A stretch of DNA of 15,717 nucleotides from the IMG/VR virus record IMGVR_UViG_2571042372_000008; one strand, given 5' to 3'. Shown here piece by piece: positions 1 to 7,469 of this stretch (positions within the stretch are counted from its first letter, which is position 1; each line of letters begins with the position of its first letter). Origin of the DNA: a virus (Duplodnaviria > Heunggongvirae > Uroviricota > Caudoviricetes). The notes beneath the pieces are model-generated. The model did no database searches and was not told the origin of the DNA. It worked only from the letters and a program-made list of their open reading frames with translations. Both the position numbers and the translations under genes were made by a program.

Positions 1-1143
1 CTATGCTGTTTTGATATCTACGATAATCCAGTCTTTACCACGATCATCATTGTATCGGTCGGTCATTTTTCTGGATTTATGGCCTAACAACTTTTGCGTA
101 TCCAGACCCTGTTCCCGATATAACCGTTCTGACAGAGATCGCTGCTCATGAAATGTGGGCGCAGTTCCTTGCTCCCATTTTATGCCACATTTTTCCCGGG
201 CCTTTTTAAAAGCCGTTGTCAGAGTATTCGCAGAAACCTGGTCTCCTCTGTTTGCTTGAGAGGTAGTGTGACGGTAATGGACCAGATATTTACTAACAAC
301 AGCATCCCTGCACTGAGATATAACTTCACGAAGGGTAATATTCAGAGCATCGCATTTCAGGTTAAGCGGAATAGCAAGTTTTGAACCGGTTTTTTCCTGA
401 GTAATGTGCAACATGTCGTCCCATATATCAGAGAATTTCAAATTGCAGATATCGCCTAAACGTTGTCCAGTAACAAGAGCAAGTAGCATGCCGCATTTTA
501 AATAGGGCTGCCGTCTGCTTACGCTGTCAAATATTGCCTGCCATTCGGGCAGTGACAATCTTTGGCGGTTTACTCGATTTCGCGGTTGTTTTGTTGCCTG
601 CGCTGGGTTAAATCCTGGCGGAACATGTCCTGCGTGTTGTGCTTCTTTGAAGACGTCGATCAACACCATTCTCACGACTTGCGCCATCCTGTTATGACCT
701 TCAGCCTTTACAGCATCAATTATTTCGGCAATATCAAGTGCGGTAATATCCTTGAGGTGTTGCATTCCACAATGCTCACGGAAAAGACGAATGGGTTTGC
801 CTTTTTGCCGATAGGAGTTGGGTCTTAGTTCATTATGTTGCAGCCTGTCCTCTTGGATAGAAATATATTTATCAAGCCATTCTGTCACCGTAATGTCTGA
901 GCGCCTGCCTTTCATTCTTTCCAGACGCTCATTGACGCTTAATATTTGTCTGGTACGTTGTTCAGCAATAATGGTATTTGCTTCAGTAGCAACTTGTTTT
1001 GCTTCATTCTCATCAGTTCCTAAGCTATGAAAACGACCGGATAGTGGATGTTTGTATTGCCAATATACCTTTCCGGTTCGCTTATCTAATTTGCAATATA
1101 AATTGGGTATAGAGATTTTGTGAGATCGGGGTCTAGCAGCCAT
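1..1143 (-). CDS. int: Phage tyrosine integrase (lambda Int family), complete; stop codon at 1-3
   Basis: 380-aa ORF. N-terminus (MAARPRSHKISIPNLY...) and C-terminal catalytic region (...TFHEQRSLSERLY...LLGHKS...YNDDRG...) match lambda Int from memory. 5' end overlaps xis as in lambda. Confidence 0.9.
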   Translation of the reverse strand: MAARPRSHKISIPNLYCKLDKRTGKVYWQYKHPLSGRFHSLGTDENEAKQVATEANTIIAEQRTRQILSVNERLERMKGRRSDITVTEWLDKYISIQEDRLQHNELRPNSYRQKGKPIRLFREHCGMQHLKDITALDIAEIIDAVKAEGHNRMAQVVRMVLIDVFKEAQHAGHVPPGFNPAQATKQPRNRVNRQRLSLPEWQAIFDSVSRRQPYLKCGMLLALVTGQRLGDICNLKFSDIWDDMLHITQEKTGSKLAIPLNLKCDALNITLREVISQCRDAVVSKYLVHYRHTTSQANRGDQVSANTLTTAFKKAREKCGIKWEQGTAPTFHEQRSLSERLYREQGLDTQKLLGHKSRKMTDRYNDDRGKDWIIVDIKTA

Positions 1144-1369
1144 CAGCGATTATCCTTTGGAGTTTTGGGTTTGCGTTTATTGGGAGTTGCGGTTCTGCAA
1201 GCGTTCCTACAAAACGGGAATTTCGGTCAATCATCCAGTAGCGACCAACTTTTATAGCGGGTGGGGCCATCATTTTCCCTTGCGCGTATTTTTTCAGAAC
1301 TCGCTCACTTGGTGCTAAGTCCCCAAATTCTTCTTTAGCCCAGTCCTGTAAAGTGATTAGTCGAGACAT
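1133..1369 (-). CDS. xis: Excisionase-like protein (Xis)
   Basis: 78-aa ORF immediately upstream of and overlapping int (1133-1143). LTLQDW...PPAIKVGRYW resembles lambda Xis LTLQEW...PPPVKDGREY. Confidence 0.65.
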   Translation of the reverse strand: MSRLITLQDWAKEEFGDLAPSERVLKKYAQGKMMAPPAIKVGRYWMIDRNSRFVGTLAEPQLPINANPKLQRIIADGC

Positions 1370-1508
1370 TTGTCCTCCTCTTAGCTGCTGAGGGAGTTTG
1401 TGACCGATATATCTGACATGATATTAAGCTCATGGCAGGTACATCTCTTGACTGGTCATAGAGATAAATTTAATGCTGAGAAATGCAGTATTGAATTTAT
1501 CAATTTTT

Positions 1509-1748
1509 CTATTTCCTGCGCATGTCACGTAACTTCTTAATGTGTTCTGCCGTTTCGATCTCTTCTGCTATCCGATCTGCATCAGCTTTATTCACAGGTT
1601 CAAAGTCATGATTAAAGCGGAACATGCTGGCGATACATGTTCTGCCTTTTCGGATGTAGTGAACTTTGTTGTGGGTAGAACGCAGGATTTTGCAGGGAGT
1701 GCCGTGGTGGTCGACGTACCAGGTGTTAGGGTCAATCACTCTGAACAT
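1509..1748 (-). CDS. Hypothetical small phage protein (79 aa)
   Basis: ATG-initiated ORF co-oriented with the pL operon; overlaps the upstream gene end by 17 nt. No family recognised. Confidence 0.4.
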   Translation of the reverse strand: MFRVIDPNTWYVDHHGTPCKILRSTHNKVHYIRKGRTCIASMFRFNHDFEPVNKADADRIAEEIETAEHIKKLRDMRRK

Positions 1749-2058
1749 TCTTGACCTTGTGTTGTGCGGATTGATATTCAGTGCTGATATTCACCTTTAT
1801 AGCGAACACCTTTACCGGTTTATCGCCAAAGTGCGGATGTGTGATTGTCTTCACTTCATATCCGTCATACGGAACATCAATTCTGCGACTGGAATCGTCG
1901 CGCTTCGGATATCCCTTTGTGATAATCAGGCGGTCATATTCCCGGAACATAATTCGCTTATTCCAGTAGTCATTACACAAGCGATACTCTTCCGTTTTCT
2001 CTCCGCGAATCATGGCATCGAAGTATTCACTTTTAACAGCAAGTTGCAGGTTAGCCAT
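1732..2058 (-). CDS. Hypothetical protein, possibly ASCH/PUA-like (DUF3850-like) fold
   Basis: 108 aa from the ATG at 2056-2058 (the ORF track begins one codon earlier at a GTG). N-terminal pattern YFDAMIRGEKTEEYR...REYD resembles ASCH-type domains from memory. Start overlaps the stop of the upstream TraR-like gene. Confidence 0.45.
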   Translation of the reverse strand: MANLQLAVKSEYFDAMIRGEKTEEYRLCNDYWNKRIMFREYDRLIITKGYPKRDDSSRRIDVPYDGYEVKTITHPHFGDKPVKVFAIKVNISTEYQSAQHKVKNVQSD

Positions 2059-2279
2059 CACTTAATCCCCCTTTGTTTGCGGATAAGCTCCAGATCTTGC
2101 TGGCAACTGGCGCAAGTCCGACAACCCTGAACGGCCAGGCGTCTTCGTTCATCTATCGGATCGCCACACTCACAACAATGAGTGGCAGATACAGCCAGGT
2201 AGTTCAGGCGGCGCATTTTTATTGCTGTGTTGCGCTGTAATTCTTCTATTTCTGATGCTGAATCAATGATGTCTGCCAT
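2058..2279 (-). CDS. TraR/DksA-family C4 zinc-finger protein (73 aa)
   Basis: CCECGDPIDERRRLAVQGCRTCASCQ is a C-x2-C...C-x2-C finger with the spacing and length of F-plasmid TraR. May correspond to the lambda Orf73 TraR homolog, but I cannot confirm that. Confidence 0.7.
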   Translation of the reverse strand: MADIIDSASEIEELQRNTAIKMRRLNYLAVSATHCCECGDPIDERRRLAVQGCRTCASCQQDLELIRKQRGIK

Positions 2280-2472
2280 CTTTCATTAATCCCTGAACTG
2301 TTGGTTAATACGCTTGAGGGTGAATGCGAACAATAAAAAAGGAGCCTGTAGCTCCCTGATAATTTTGCTTTTCATGTTCATCGTTCCTTAAAGACGCCGT
2401 TTAACATGCCGATTGCCAGGCTTAAATGAGTCGGTGTGAATCCCTTCAGCGTTACCGTTTCGCGGTGCTTCT

Positions 2473-2655
2473 TCAGTACGCTACGGCAAATGTCATTGAC
2501 GTTTTTGGAAACTGCTGTCTGACTTTTTTGATTTCAGAATTAGCCTGACGGGCAATGCTGCGAAGGGCGTTTTCTTGCTGAGGTGTCACTGAACAAGCCC
2601 CATGTCGGCAAGCATAAGCACACAGAATATGAAGCCCGCTGCCAGAAAAATGCAT
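2473..2655 (-). CDS. Hypothetical protein at the lambda orf61 position
   Basis: 60-aa ORF downstream of the orf63-like gene in the pL operon. Assignment by position only. Confidence 0.35.
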   Translation of the reverse strand: MHFSGSGLHILCAYACRHGACSVTPQQENALRSIARQANSEIKKVRQQFPKTSMTFAVAY

Positions 2656-2665
2656 TCAGTGGTTG

Positions 2666-2857
2666 TCATACCTGGTCTCTCTCATCTGCTTCTGCTTTCG
2701 CCACCATCATTTCCAGCTTTTGTGAAAGGGATGTGGCTAACGTATGAAATTCTTCGTCTGTTTCTGCTGGTATTGGCACAAACCTGACTCCAATTTGAGC
2801 AAGGCTATGTGCCAAATCAATACTCGTTCTTAACTCAACAGGAGATGCTTTGTGCAT
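2666..2857 (-). CDS. Hypothetical protein, lambda orf63-like
   Basis: 63-aa ORF at the position and of the size of lambda orf63, just downstream of the orf60a-like gene. Confidence 0.5.
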   Translation of the reverse strand: MHKASPVELRTSIDLAHSLAQIGVRFVPIPAETDEEFHTLATSLSQKLEMMVAKAEADERDQV

Positions 2858-3018
2858 ACCGCCCCCCGTTTATTATTTATCTCCTCAGCCAGCCGCTGGG
2901 CTTTCAGCGGATTTCGGATAACAGAAAGACCGTGAAATACCCAGCCTCGCTTTGTAACGGAGTAGACGAAAGTGATCGCGCCTACCCGGATATTATCGTG
3001 AGGATGGGTCATCGCCAT
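2830..3018 (-). CDS. Hypothetical protein, lambda orf60a-like
   Basis: 62-aa ORF whose start overlaps the exo stop, as lambda orf60a does. Confidence 0.5.
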   Translation of the reverse strand: MAMTHPHDNIRVGAITFVYSVTKRGWVFHGLSVIRNPLKAQRLAEEINNKRGAVCTKHLLLS

Positions 3019-3689
3019 TGCTCTCCAAATACAAAACCAATTTCAGCCAGTGCTTCGTCCATTTTTTCGATGAACTCCGGCACCATCTCGTCAAAACTCG
3101 CCATGTACTTTTCATCCCGCTCAACCACGACATAATGCAGGCCTTCACGCTTCATTCGTGGGTCATAGTTGGCAAAGTACCAGGCATCTTTTCGTGTCAC
3201 CCACATGCTGTACTGCACCTGGGCCATGTAAGCCGACTTTATGGCCTCGAAACCACCGAGCCGGAACTTCATGAAATCCCGGGAGGTAAACGGGCATTTC
3301 AGCTCAAGGCCATTGCCGTCACTGCATAAACCATCGGGAGAGCAGGCGGTGCGCATACTTTCGTCGCGATAGATGATCGGGGATTCAGTAACATTCACGC
3401 CGGAAGTGAATTCAAACAGGGTTCTGGCGTCGTTCTCGTACTGTTTTCCCCACGCCAGCGCCTTAGCATTAACTTCCGGAGCCACACCGGTGCAAACCTC
3501 AGCCAGCAGGGTGTGGAAGTAGGACATTTTCATGTCAGGCCACTTCTTTCCTGAGCGGGGCTTTGCTATCACGTTGTGAACTTCTGAAGCGGTGATGACG
3601 CCGAGCCGTAATTTGTGCCATGCATCATCCCCCTGTTCGACAGCTCTCACGTCGATCCCGGTACGCTGCAGGATAATGTCCGGTGTCAT
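3009..3689 (-). CDS. exo: Lambda exonuclease (Red alpha, 5'-3' dsDNA exonuclease)
   Basis: 226 aa. [50 protein letters not shown]... is near-identical to lambda Exo from memory. ATGA overlap with bet. Confidence 0.95.
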   Translation of the reverse strand: MTPDIILQRTGIDVRAVEQGDDAWHKLRLGVITASEVHNVIAKPRSGKKWPDMKMSYFHTLLAEVCTGVAPEVNAKALAWGKQYENDARTLFEFTSGVNVTESPIIYRDESMRTACSPDGLCSDGNGLELKCPFTSRDFMKFRLGGFEAIKSAYMAQVQYSMWVTRKDAWYFANYDPRMKREGLHYVVVERDEKYMASFDEMVPEFIEKMDEALAEIGFVFGEQWR

Positions 3690-4471
3690 GCTGCCACCTT
3701 CTGCTCAGTGGCTTTCTGTTTCAGGAATCCAAGAGCTTTCACTGCTTCGGCCTGTGTCAGTTCTGACGATGCGCGAATGTCGCGGCGAAATATCTGGGAA
3801 CAGAGCGGCAATAAGTCGTCATCCCATGTTTTGTCCAGGGCAATCAGCAGAGTGTTAATCTCCTGCATGGTTTCATCGTTAACCGGAGTGATGTCGCGTT
3901 CCGGCTGACGTTCTGCAGTGTATGCGGTATTTTCGACAATGCGCTCGGCTTCATCCTTGTCATAGATACCAGCAAATCCGAAGGCCAGACGGGCACACTG
4001 AATCATGGCTTTATGCCGTAACATCCGTTTGGGATGCGACTGCCACGGCCCCGTGATTTCTCTGCCTTCGCGGGTTTTGAATGGTTCGCGGCGGCATTCA
4101 TCCATCCACTCGGTAACGCAGATCGGATGATTGCGGTCTTTGCGGTAAATCCGGCATGTACATGATTCATTGTCCTGCTCAAAGTCCATACCATCAAACT
4201 GCTGGTTTTCATTGATGATGCGGGACCAGCCATCAACGCCCACCACCGGAACAATGCCGTTCTGCTTATCAGGGAAGGCGTAAATTTCTTTCGTCCACGG
4301 ATTAAGGCCGTACTGGTTGGCGACGATCAACAATGCGATGAACTGCGCATCGCTGGCATCACCTTTAAATGCCGTCTGGCGAAGAGTGGTGATCAGTTCC
4401 TGTGGGTCGACAGAATCCATGCCGACACGTTCAGCCAGCTTCCCTGCCAGCGTTGCGAGTGCTGTACTCAT
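3686..4471 (-). CDS. bet: Red beta single-strand annealing protein
   Basis: 261 aa. [20 protein letters not shown]...[19 protein letters not shown]... matches lambda Beta from memory. Confidence 0.95.
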   Translation of the reverse strand: MSTALATLAGKLAERVGMDSVDPQELITTLRQTAFKGDASDAQFIALLIVANQYGLNPWTKEIYAFPDKQNGIVPVVGVDGWSRIINENQQFDGMDFEQDNESCTCRIYRKDRNHPICVTEWMDECRREPFKTREGREITGPWQSHPKRMLRHKAMIQCARLAFGFAGIYDKDEAERIVENTAYTAERQPERDITPVNDETMQEINTLLIALDKTWDDDLLPLCSQIFRRDIRASSELTQAEAVKALGFLKQKATEQKVAA

Positions 4472-4476
4472 CCGTT

Positions 4477-4773
4477 TTATACCTCTGAATCAATATCAGC
4501 CTGATGGTGAGCAATGGTTTCAACTATGTACCGGATGTGTTCTGCCATGCGCTCCTGAAACTCAACATCGTCATCAAACGCACGGGTAATGGCTTTTTTG
4601 CTGGCCCCGTGGCGTTGTAAATGATCGATGCATAGCGATTCAAACAGGTGCTGGGGCAGGCCTTTTTCCATGTCGTCTGCCAGTTCTGCCTCTTTCTCTT
4701 CACGGGCGATCTGCTGGTAGTGACGCGCCCAGCTCTGAGCCTCAAGACGATCCTGAATGTAATAAGCGTTCAT
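4477..4773 (-). CDS. gam: Gam, RecBCD inhibitor (98-aa GamS form only)
   Basis: [21 protein letters not shown]...[10 protein letters not shown] matches lambda Gam residues 41-138. The upstream [10 protein letters not shown] start at 4894 is out of frame (see findings). Confidence 0.9.
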   Translation of the reverse strand: MNAYYIQDRLEAQSWARHYQQIAREEKEAELADDMEKGLPQHLFESLCIDHLQRHGASKKAITRAFDDDVEFQERMAEHIRYIVETIAHHQADIDSEV

Positions 4774-4848
4774 GGCTGAACTCCTGAAAATGGCTGTGAA
4801 AATATCGCCCGCGAAATGCCAGGCTGATTAGGAAAACAGGAAAGGGGG

Positions 4849-4992
4849 TTAGTGAATGCTTTTGCTTGATCTCAGTTTCAGTATTAATATCCATTTTTTA
4901 TAAGCGTCGACGGCCTCACGAAACATCTTTTCATCGCCAATAAAAGTGGCGATAGTGAATTTAGTCTGGATAGCCATAATTGTTTGATCCAT
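4849..4992 (-). CDS. kil: Kil (host cell-division inhibitor)
   Basis: 47-aa reading [47 protein letters not shown] starting at the ATG at 4990-4992; matches lambda Kil from memory. The 89-aa track ORF is an upstream extension in the same frame. Confidence 0.75.
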   Translation of the reverse strand: MDQTIMAIQTKFTIATFIGDEKMFREAVDAYKKWILILKLRSSKSIH

Positions 4993-5125
4993 TTTTTGGG
5001 ACTCCTGGCTGATTAAGTATGTCGATAAGGCGTTTCCATCCGTCACGTAATTTACGGGTGATTCGTTCAAGTAAAGATTCGGAAGGGCAGCCAGCAACAG
5101 GCCACCCTGCAATGGCATATTGCAT
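4961..5125 (-). CDS. cIII: CIII (FtsH inhibitor that stabilises CII)
   Basis: Hand translation from the ATG at 5123-5125 gives [54 protein letters not shown] (54 aa), near-identical to lambda CIII. It is missing from the ORF track because the overlapping kil-frame ORF was the one listed there. Confidence 0.85.
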   Translation of the reverse strand: MQYAIAGWPVAGCPSESLLERITRKLRDGWKRLIDILNQPGVPKNGSNNYGYPD

Positions 5126-5197
5126 GGTGTGCTCCTTATTTATACATAACGAAAAACGCCTCGAGTGAAGCGTAATTGGTATGCGGTAACGCCGCGC

Positions 5198-5566
5198 TCA
5201 GGCGGCCTTGATAGTCATATCATCTGAATCAAATATTCCTGATGTATCGATATCGGTAATTCTTATTCCTTCACTACCATCCATTGGAGGCCATCCTTCC
5301 TGACCATTTCCATCATTCCAGTCGAACTCACACACAACACCATATGCATTTAAGTCGCTTGAAATTGCTATAAGCAGAGCATGTTGCGCCAGCATGATTA
5401 ATACAGCATTTAATACAGAGCCGTGTTTATTGAGTCGGTATTCAGAGTCTGACCAGAAATTATTAATCTGGTGAAGTTTTTCCTCTGTCATTACGTCATG
5501 GTCAATTTCAATTTCTATTGATGCTTTCCAGTCGTAATCAATGATGTATTTTTTGATGTTTGACAT
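5198..5566 (-). CDS. ea10: Early protein Ea10
   Basis: 122-aa ORF MSNIKKYIIDYDWKASIEIEIDHDVMTEEK... in the lambda ea10 position; matches lambda Ea10 from memory. Confidence 0.8.
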   Translation of the reverse strand: MSNIKKYIIDYDWKASIEIEIDHDVMTEEKLHQINNFWSDSEYRLNKHGSVLNAVLIMLAQHALLIAISSDLNAYGVVCEFDWNDGNGQEGWPPMDGSEGIRITDIDTSGIFDSDDMTIKAA

Positions 5567-5583
5567 CTATTCATATCCTCATA

Positions 5584-5612
5584 GATAAAAAATCGCCCTC
5601 ACACTGGAGGGC
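5584..5612 (-). terminator. Candidate intrinsic terminator in the pL operon, upstream of ea10
   Basis: GC hairpin GCCCTC-ACACTG-GAGGGC at 5595-5612; on the minus strand it is followed by a U-run (plus-strand A-run 5586-5592). Confidence 0.45.
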
Positions 5613-5748
5613 AAAGAAGATTTCCAATAATCAGAACAAGTCGGCTCCTGTTTAGTTACGAGCGACATTGCTCCGTGTATTCACTCGTTGGAATGAATAC
5701 ACAGTGCAGTGTTTATTCTGTTATTTATGCCAAAAATAAAGGCCACTA

Positions 5749-5949
5749 TCAGGCAGCTTTGTTGTTCTGTTTACCAAGTTCTCTGGCAATCATTGCCGTC
5801 GTTCGTATTGCCCATTTATCGACATATTTCCCATCTTCCATTACAGGAAACATTTCTTCAGGCTTAACCATGCATTCCGATTGCAGCTTGCATCCATTGC
5901 ATCGTTTGAATTGTCCACACCATTGATTTGTATCAATAGTCGTAGTCAT
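5749..5949 (-). CDS. ral: Ral, restriction alleviation protein
   Basis: 66 aa. MTTTIDTNQWCGQFKRCNGCKLQSECMVKPEEMFPVMEDGKYVDKW... matches lambda Ral from memory. Confidence 0.85.
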   Translation of the reverse strand: MTTTIDTNQWCGQFKRCNGCKLQSECMVKPEEMFPVMEDGKYVDKWAIRTTAMIARELGKQNNKAA

Positions 5950-6019
5950 ACGGATAGTCCTGGTATTGTTCCATCACATCTTGAGGATGCTCTTCGAACT
6001 CTTCAAATTCTTCTTCCAT
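5933..6019 (-). CDS. Small acidic ORF, lambda orf28-like
   Basis: Hand translation MEEEFEEFEEHPQDVMEQYQDYPYDYDY (28 aa); overlaps the ral start. Not in the ORF track (too short). Confidence 0.5.
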   Translation of the reverse strand: MEEEFEEFEEHPQDVMEQYQDYPYDYDY

Positions 6020-6162
6020 ATATCACCTTAAATAGTGGATTGCGGTAGTAAAGATTGTGCCTGTCTTTTAACCACATCAGGCTCGGTGGTTCTCGTGTAC
6101 CCCTACAACGAGAAATCGGATAAACTCTATTCACCCCTACAGAGAGCAAAAGAGAAACGCCG

Positions 6163-6744
6163 ATGAACAACTCATGGTGGCAGGAACTAATGCATTTTTT
6201 CCTGCAAGGAATGACACTTAAACAGTTGATTCATATGCTAATCATCCTGATCATATTGATTATTGTTATGCCGGTAAGCGTAAAAGAATGGATAAACCTG
6301 CATAATCCAGAAATCCTTCCTCATTACTGGATGTATTACATCCTGTTGTTTTGCGTTAGCTATGTGCTTAACGGCGTTGTTAATTCCGCTTATCACGCTG
6401 TGACTGAAAGAATTGAGGTATTCGCTGCTCAGAAGCGCAAATCTAAAGAAGAAAAATATGTGCAAGATTTGTTTGATTCGTTAACTCTTGGAGAAAGAGC
6501 GTATTTGGCATTCGCTGTAGCCGCTAATAACCAGCTACAAACGGAAAAGGGCGCTCATGAATCAATTTCATTGCTCAAAAAAGGACTCCTCGTTCGAAGG
6601 CCTCCTGCTGTTGGATATCCTGATACCGACCGTTTCGTTATCCCTGAAAGCTATAGACATGAGTGCTACATTAGGTTTGCCGGGAAGGCAGACAGCCTTA
6701 TGGATGAACTTATCGCTCAGGATAAGCATGGCAAAAACAAGTAA
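6163..6744 (+). CDS. sieB: Superinfection exclusion protein B (SieB)
   Basis: 193-aa ORF with a hydrophobic N-terminal segment (LIHMLIILIILIIVMPVSV). Sits on the opposite strand between ral and N, convergent with N, as lambda and Rac sieB do. Confidence 0.8.
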   Translation: MNNSWWQELMHFFLQGMTLKQLIHMLIILIILIIVMPVSVKEWINLHNPEILPHYWMYYILLFCVSYVLNGVVNSAYHAVTERIEVFAAQKRKSKEEKYVQDLFDSLTLGERAYLAFAVAANNQLQTEKGAHESISLLKKGLLVRRPPAVGYPDTDRFVIPESYRHECYIRFAGKADSLMDELIAQDKHGKNK

Positions 6745-6760
6745 TTAGCAAATGAATTTA

Positions 6761-7033
6761 TCATCTCGCCGTCAGTTGTTTTGATTTCCGGTAGCCTGCC
6801 GCGTAAAGAGCTACGTTCGGAAGACAAGTTGAACCTTCATATTTTCTGGTCAACGTTGTCAGAGTTATCACTTCTGCTCTCATTGCTGGTTTGAGCTTGC
6901 ATTGCAAGACCACTCGTGAAGGGGTTGGCCTGTGTAGCTTGTCGGAGCTGATCGCCTCCTGACTTTGCAGATTTGCGCGACGAGCTCTACGGCGAGAAGC
7001 TGCGGTGCCTTTAAATTCTGTTTTTCTGGACAT
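6761..7033 (-). CDS. N: N-type transcription antitermination protein, P22 gene-24-like rather than lambda-N-like
   Basis: 90 aa from the ATG at 7031-7033, with a GGGAGGA Shine-Dalgarno upstream. Arginine-rich motif GTAASRRRARRANL near the N-terminus. C-terminus LPNVALYAAGYRKSKQLTAR resembles P22 N (...VALYAAGHRKSKQITAR) from memory. The track ORF extends 24 codons further upstream, which I reject. Confidence 0.75.
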   Translation of the reverse strand: MSRKTEFKGTAASRRRARRANLQSQEAISSDKLHRPTPSRVVLQCKLKPAMRAEVITLTTLTRKYEGSTCLPNVALYAAGYRKSKQLTAR

Positions 7034-7131
7034 GGATTCCTCCCGAATAAACTTTGGCGATGCAATCTCGAAGCTCCTCCTGAGACGGTTGCTTCGGCAT
7101 TGCATCCCACAGCTTATGTGGTTGGGTGATC

Positions 7132-7177
7132 TGGCTTTTCAGCCACGTAGTCGAGAGTCGACGTTGTTTAAAGAGCC
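7132..7177 (-). promoter_or_regulatory. nutL: boxA plus boxB hairpin
   Basis: Minus-strand reading GCTCTTTAAACAA (boxA-like, plus 7164-7177) followed by CTGGCT-GAAA-AGCCAG (6-bp stem, GAAA loop; plus 7131-7146). Lies between the predicted pL and the N start. Confidence 0.6.
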
Positions 7178-7222
7178 TGCCAGTCTGTTCCATTTGGCTT
7201 CCAGCGTCCTGCTGACGGTTAA

Positions 7223-7270
7223 ATAGTACGATATGTACTTTACAAGATCAATACAATTTGTTGTAAGTTG
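7223..7270 (-). promoter_or_regulatory. Candidate pL promoter with overlapping OL operator dyads
   Basis: Minus-strand TTGATC (-35, plus 7246-7251), 17-nt spacer, TACTAT (-10, plus 7223-7228). Adjacent dyad TACAACAAATTGTA built from TACAA/TTGTA half-sites. Confidence 0.5.
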
Positions 7271-7440
7271 GCGTGGTTTTTTATAACGCTTTGTATTTAA
7301 TAGTGTTGTTTTTTAGCGTGGATGTATTGCCTCGGCGATGTAAGGAGAGATCAGAATTGCGTGGTTTAGTGGGTTGCATCTATTTATTTTTCAATAAATA
7401 TAATTGGTTATGTGTTTTTAGGTGGGCGAACGTGAGGCAA

Positions 7441-7466
7441 AGAAAACCCGGCGCTGAGGCCGGGTT
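7441..7466 (-). terminator. Intrinsic terminator ending the cI operon (timm-like)
   Basis: CCCGGC-GCTGAG-GCCGGG hairpin starting 3 nt after the stop of the 250-aa gene; on the minus strand it is followed by UUUUCU. Confidence 0.6.
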
Positions 7467-7469
7467 GTA

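Noticed and set aside
1-120. Attachment site (attL/attP core)
   Set aside because: The integrase stop is at positions 1-3, so the att site should lie beyond the left edge of the window and cannot be assessed.
148-1030. Plus-strand ORFs of 78, 88 and 70 aa
   Set aside because: They lie antisense inside the well-supported integrase gene and resemble no family I know.
1542-2130. Plus-strand ORFs of 70, 154 and 62 aa
   Set aside because: Antisense to the tightly packed minus-strand small-gene cluster; no start context and opposite to the operon direction.
3018-4745. Alternative-frame and antisense ORFs inside exo, bet and gam (3018-3329, 3592-3908, 4003-4254, 4317-4589, 4524-4745)
   Set aside because: They overlap the near-lambda-identical red genes, which explain this interval completely.
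4849-5118. 89-aa ORF beginning MPLQGG
   Set aside because: It is an upstream extension of the kil frame that overlaps cIII in a different frame; the Kil start is the internal ATG at 4990-4992.
6238-6748. ORFs of 75 aa (minus) and 63 aa (plus) inside sieB
   Set aside because: Antisense or alternative frame within the sieB coding region; no independent support.
6880-7226. ORFs of 76, 73 and 60 aa across the N 5' end, nutL and pL, and the 24-codon upstream extension of N
   Set aside because: They overlap the nut site and promoter; the Shine-Dalgarno-preceded ATG at 7033 gives an N protein of typical size.
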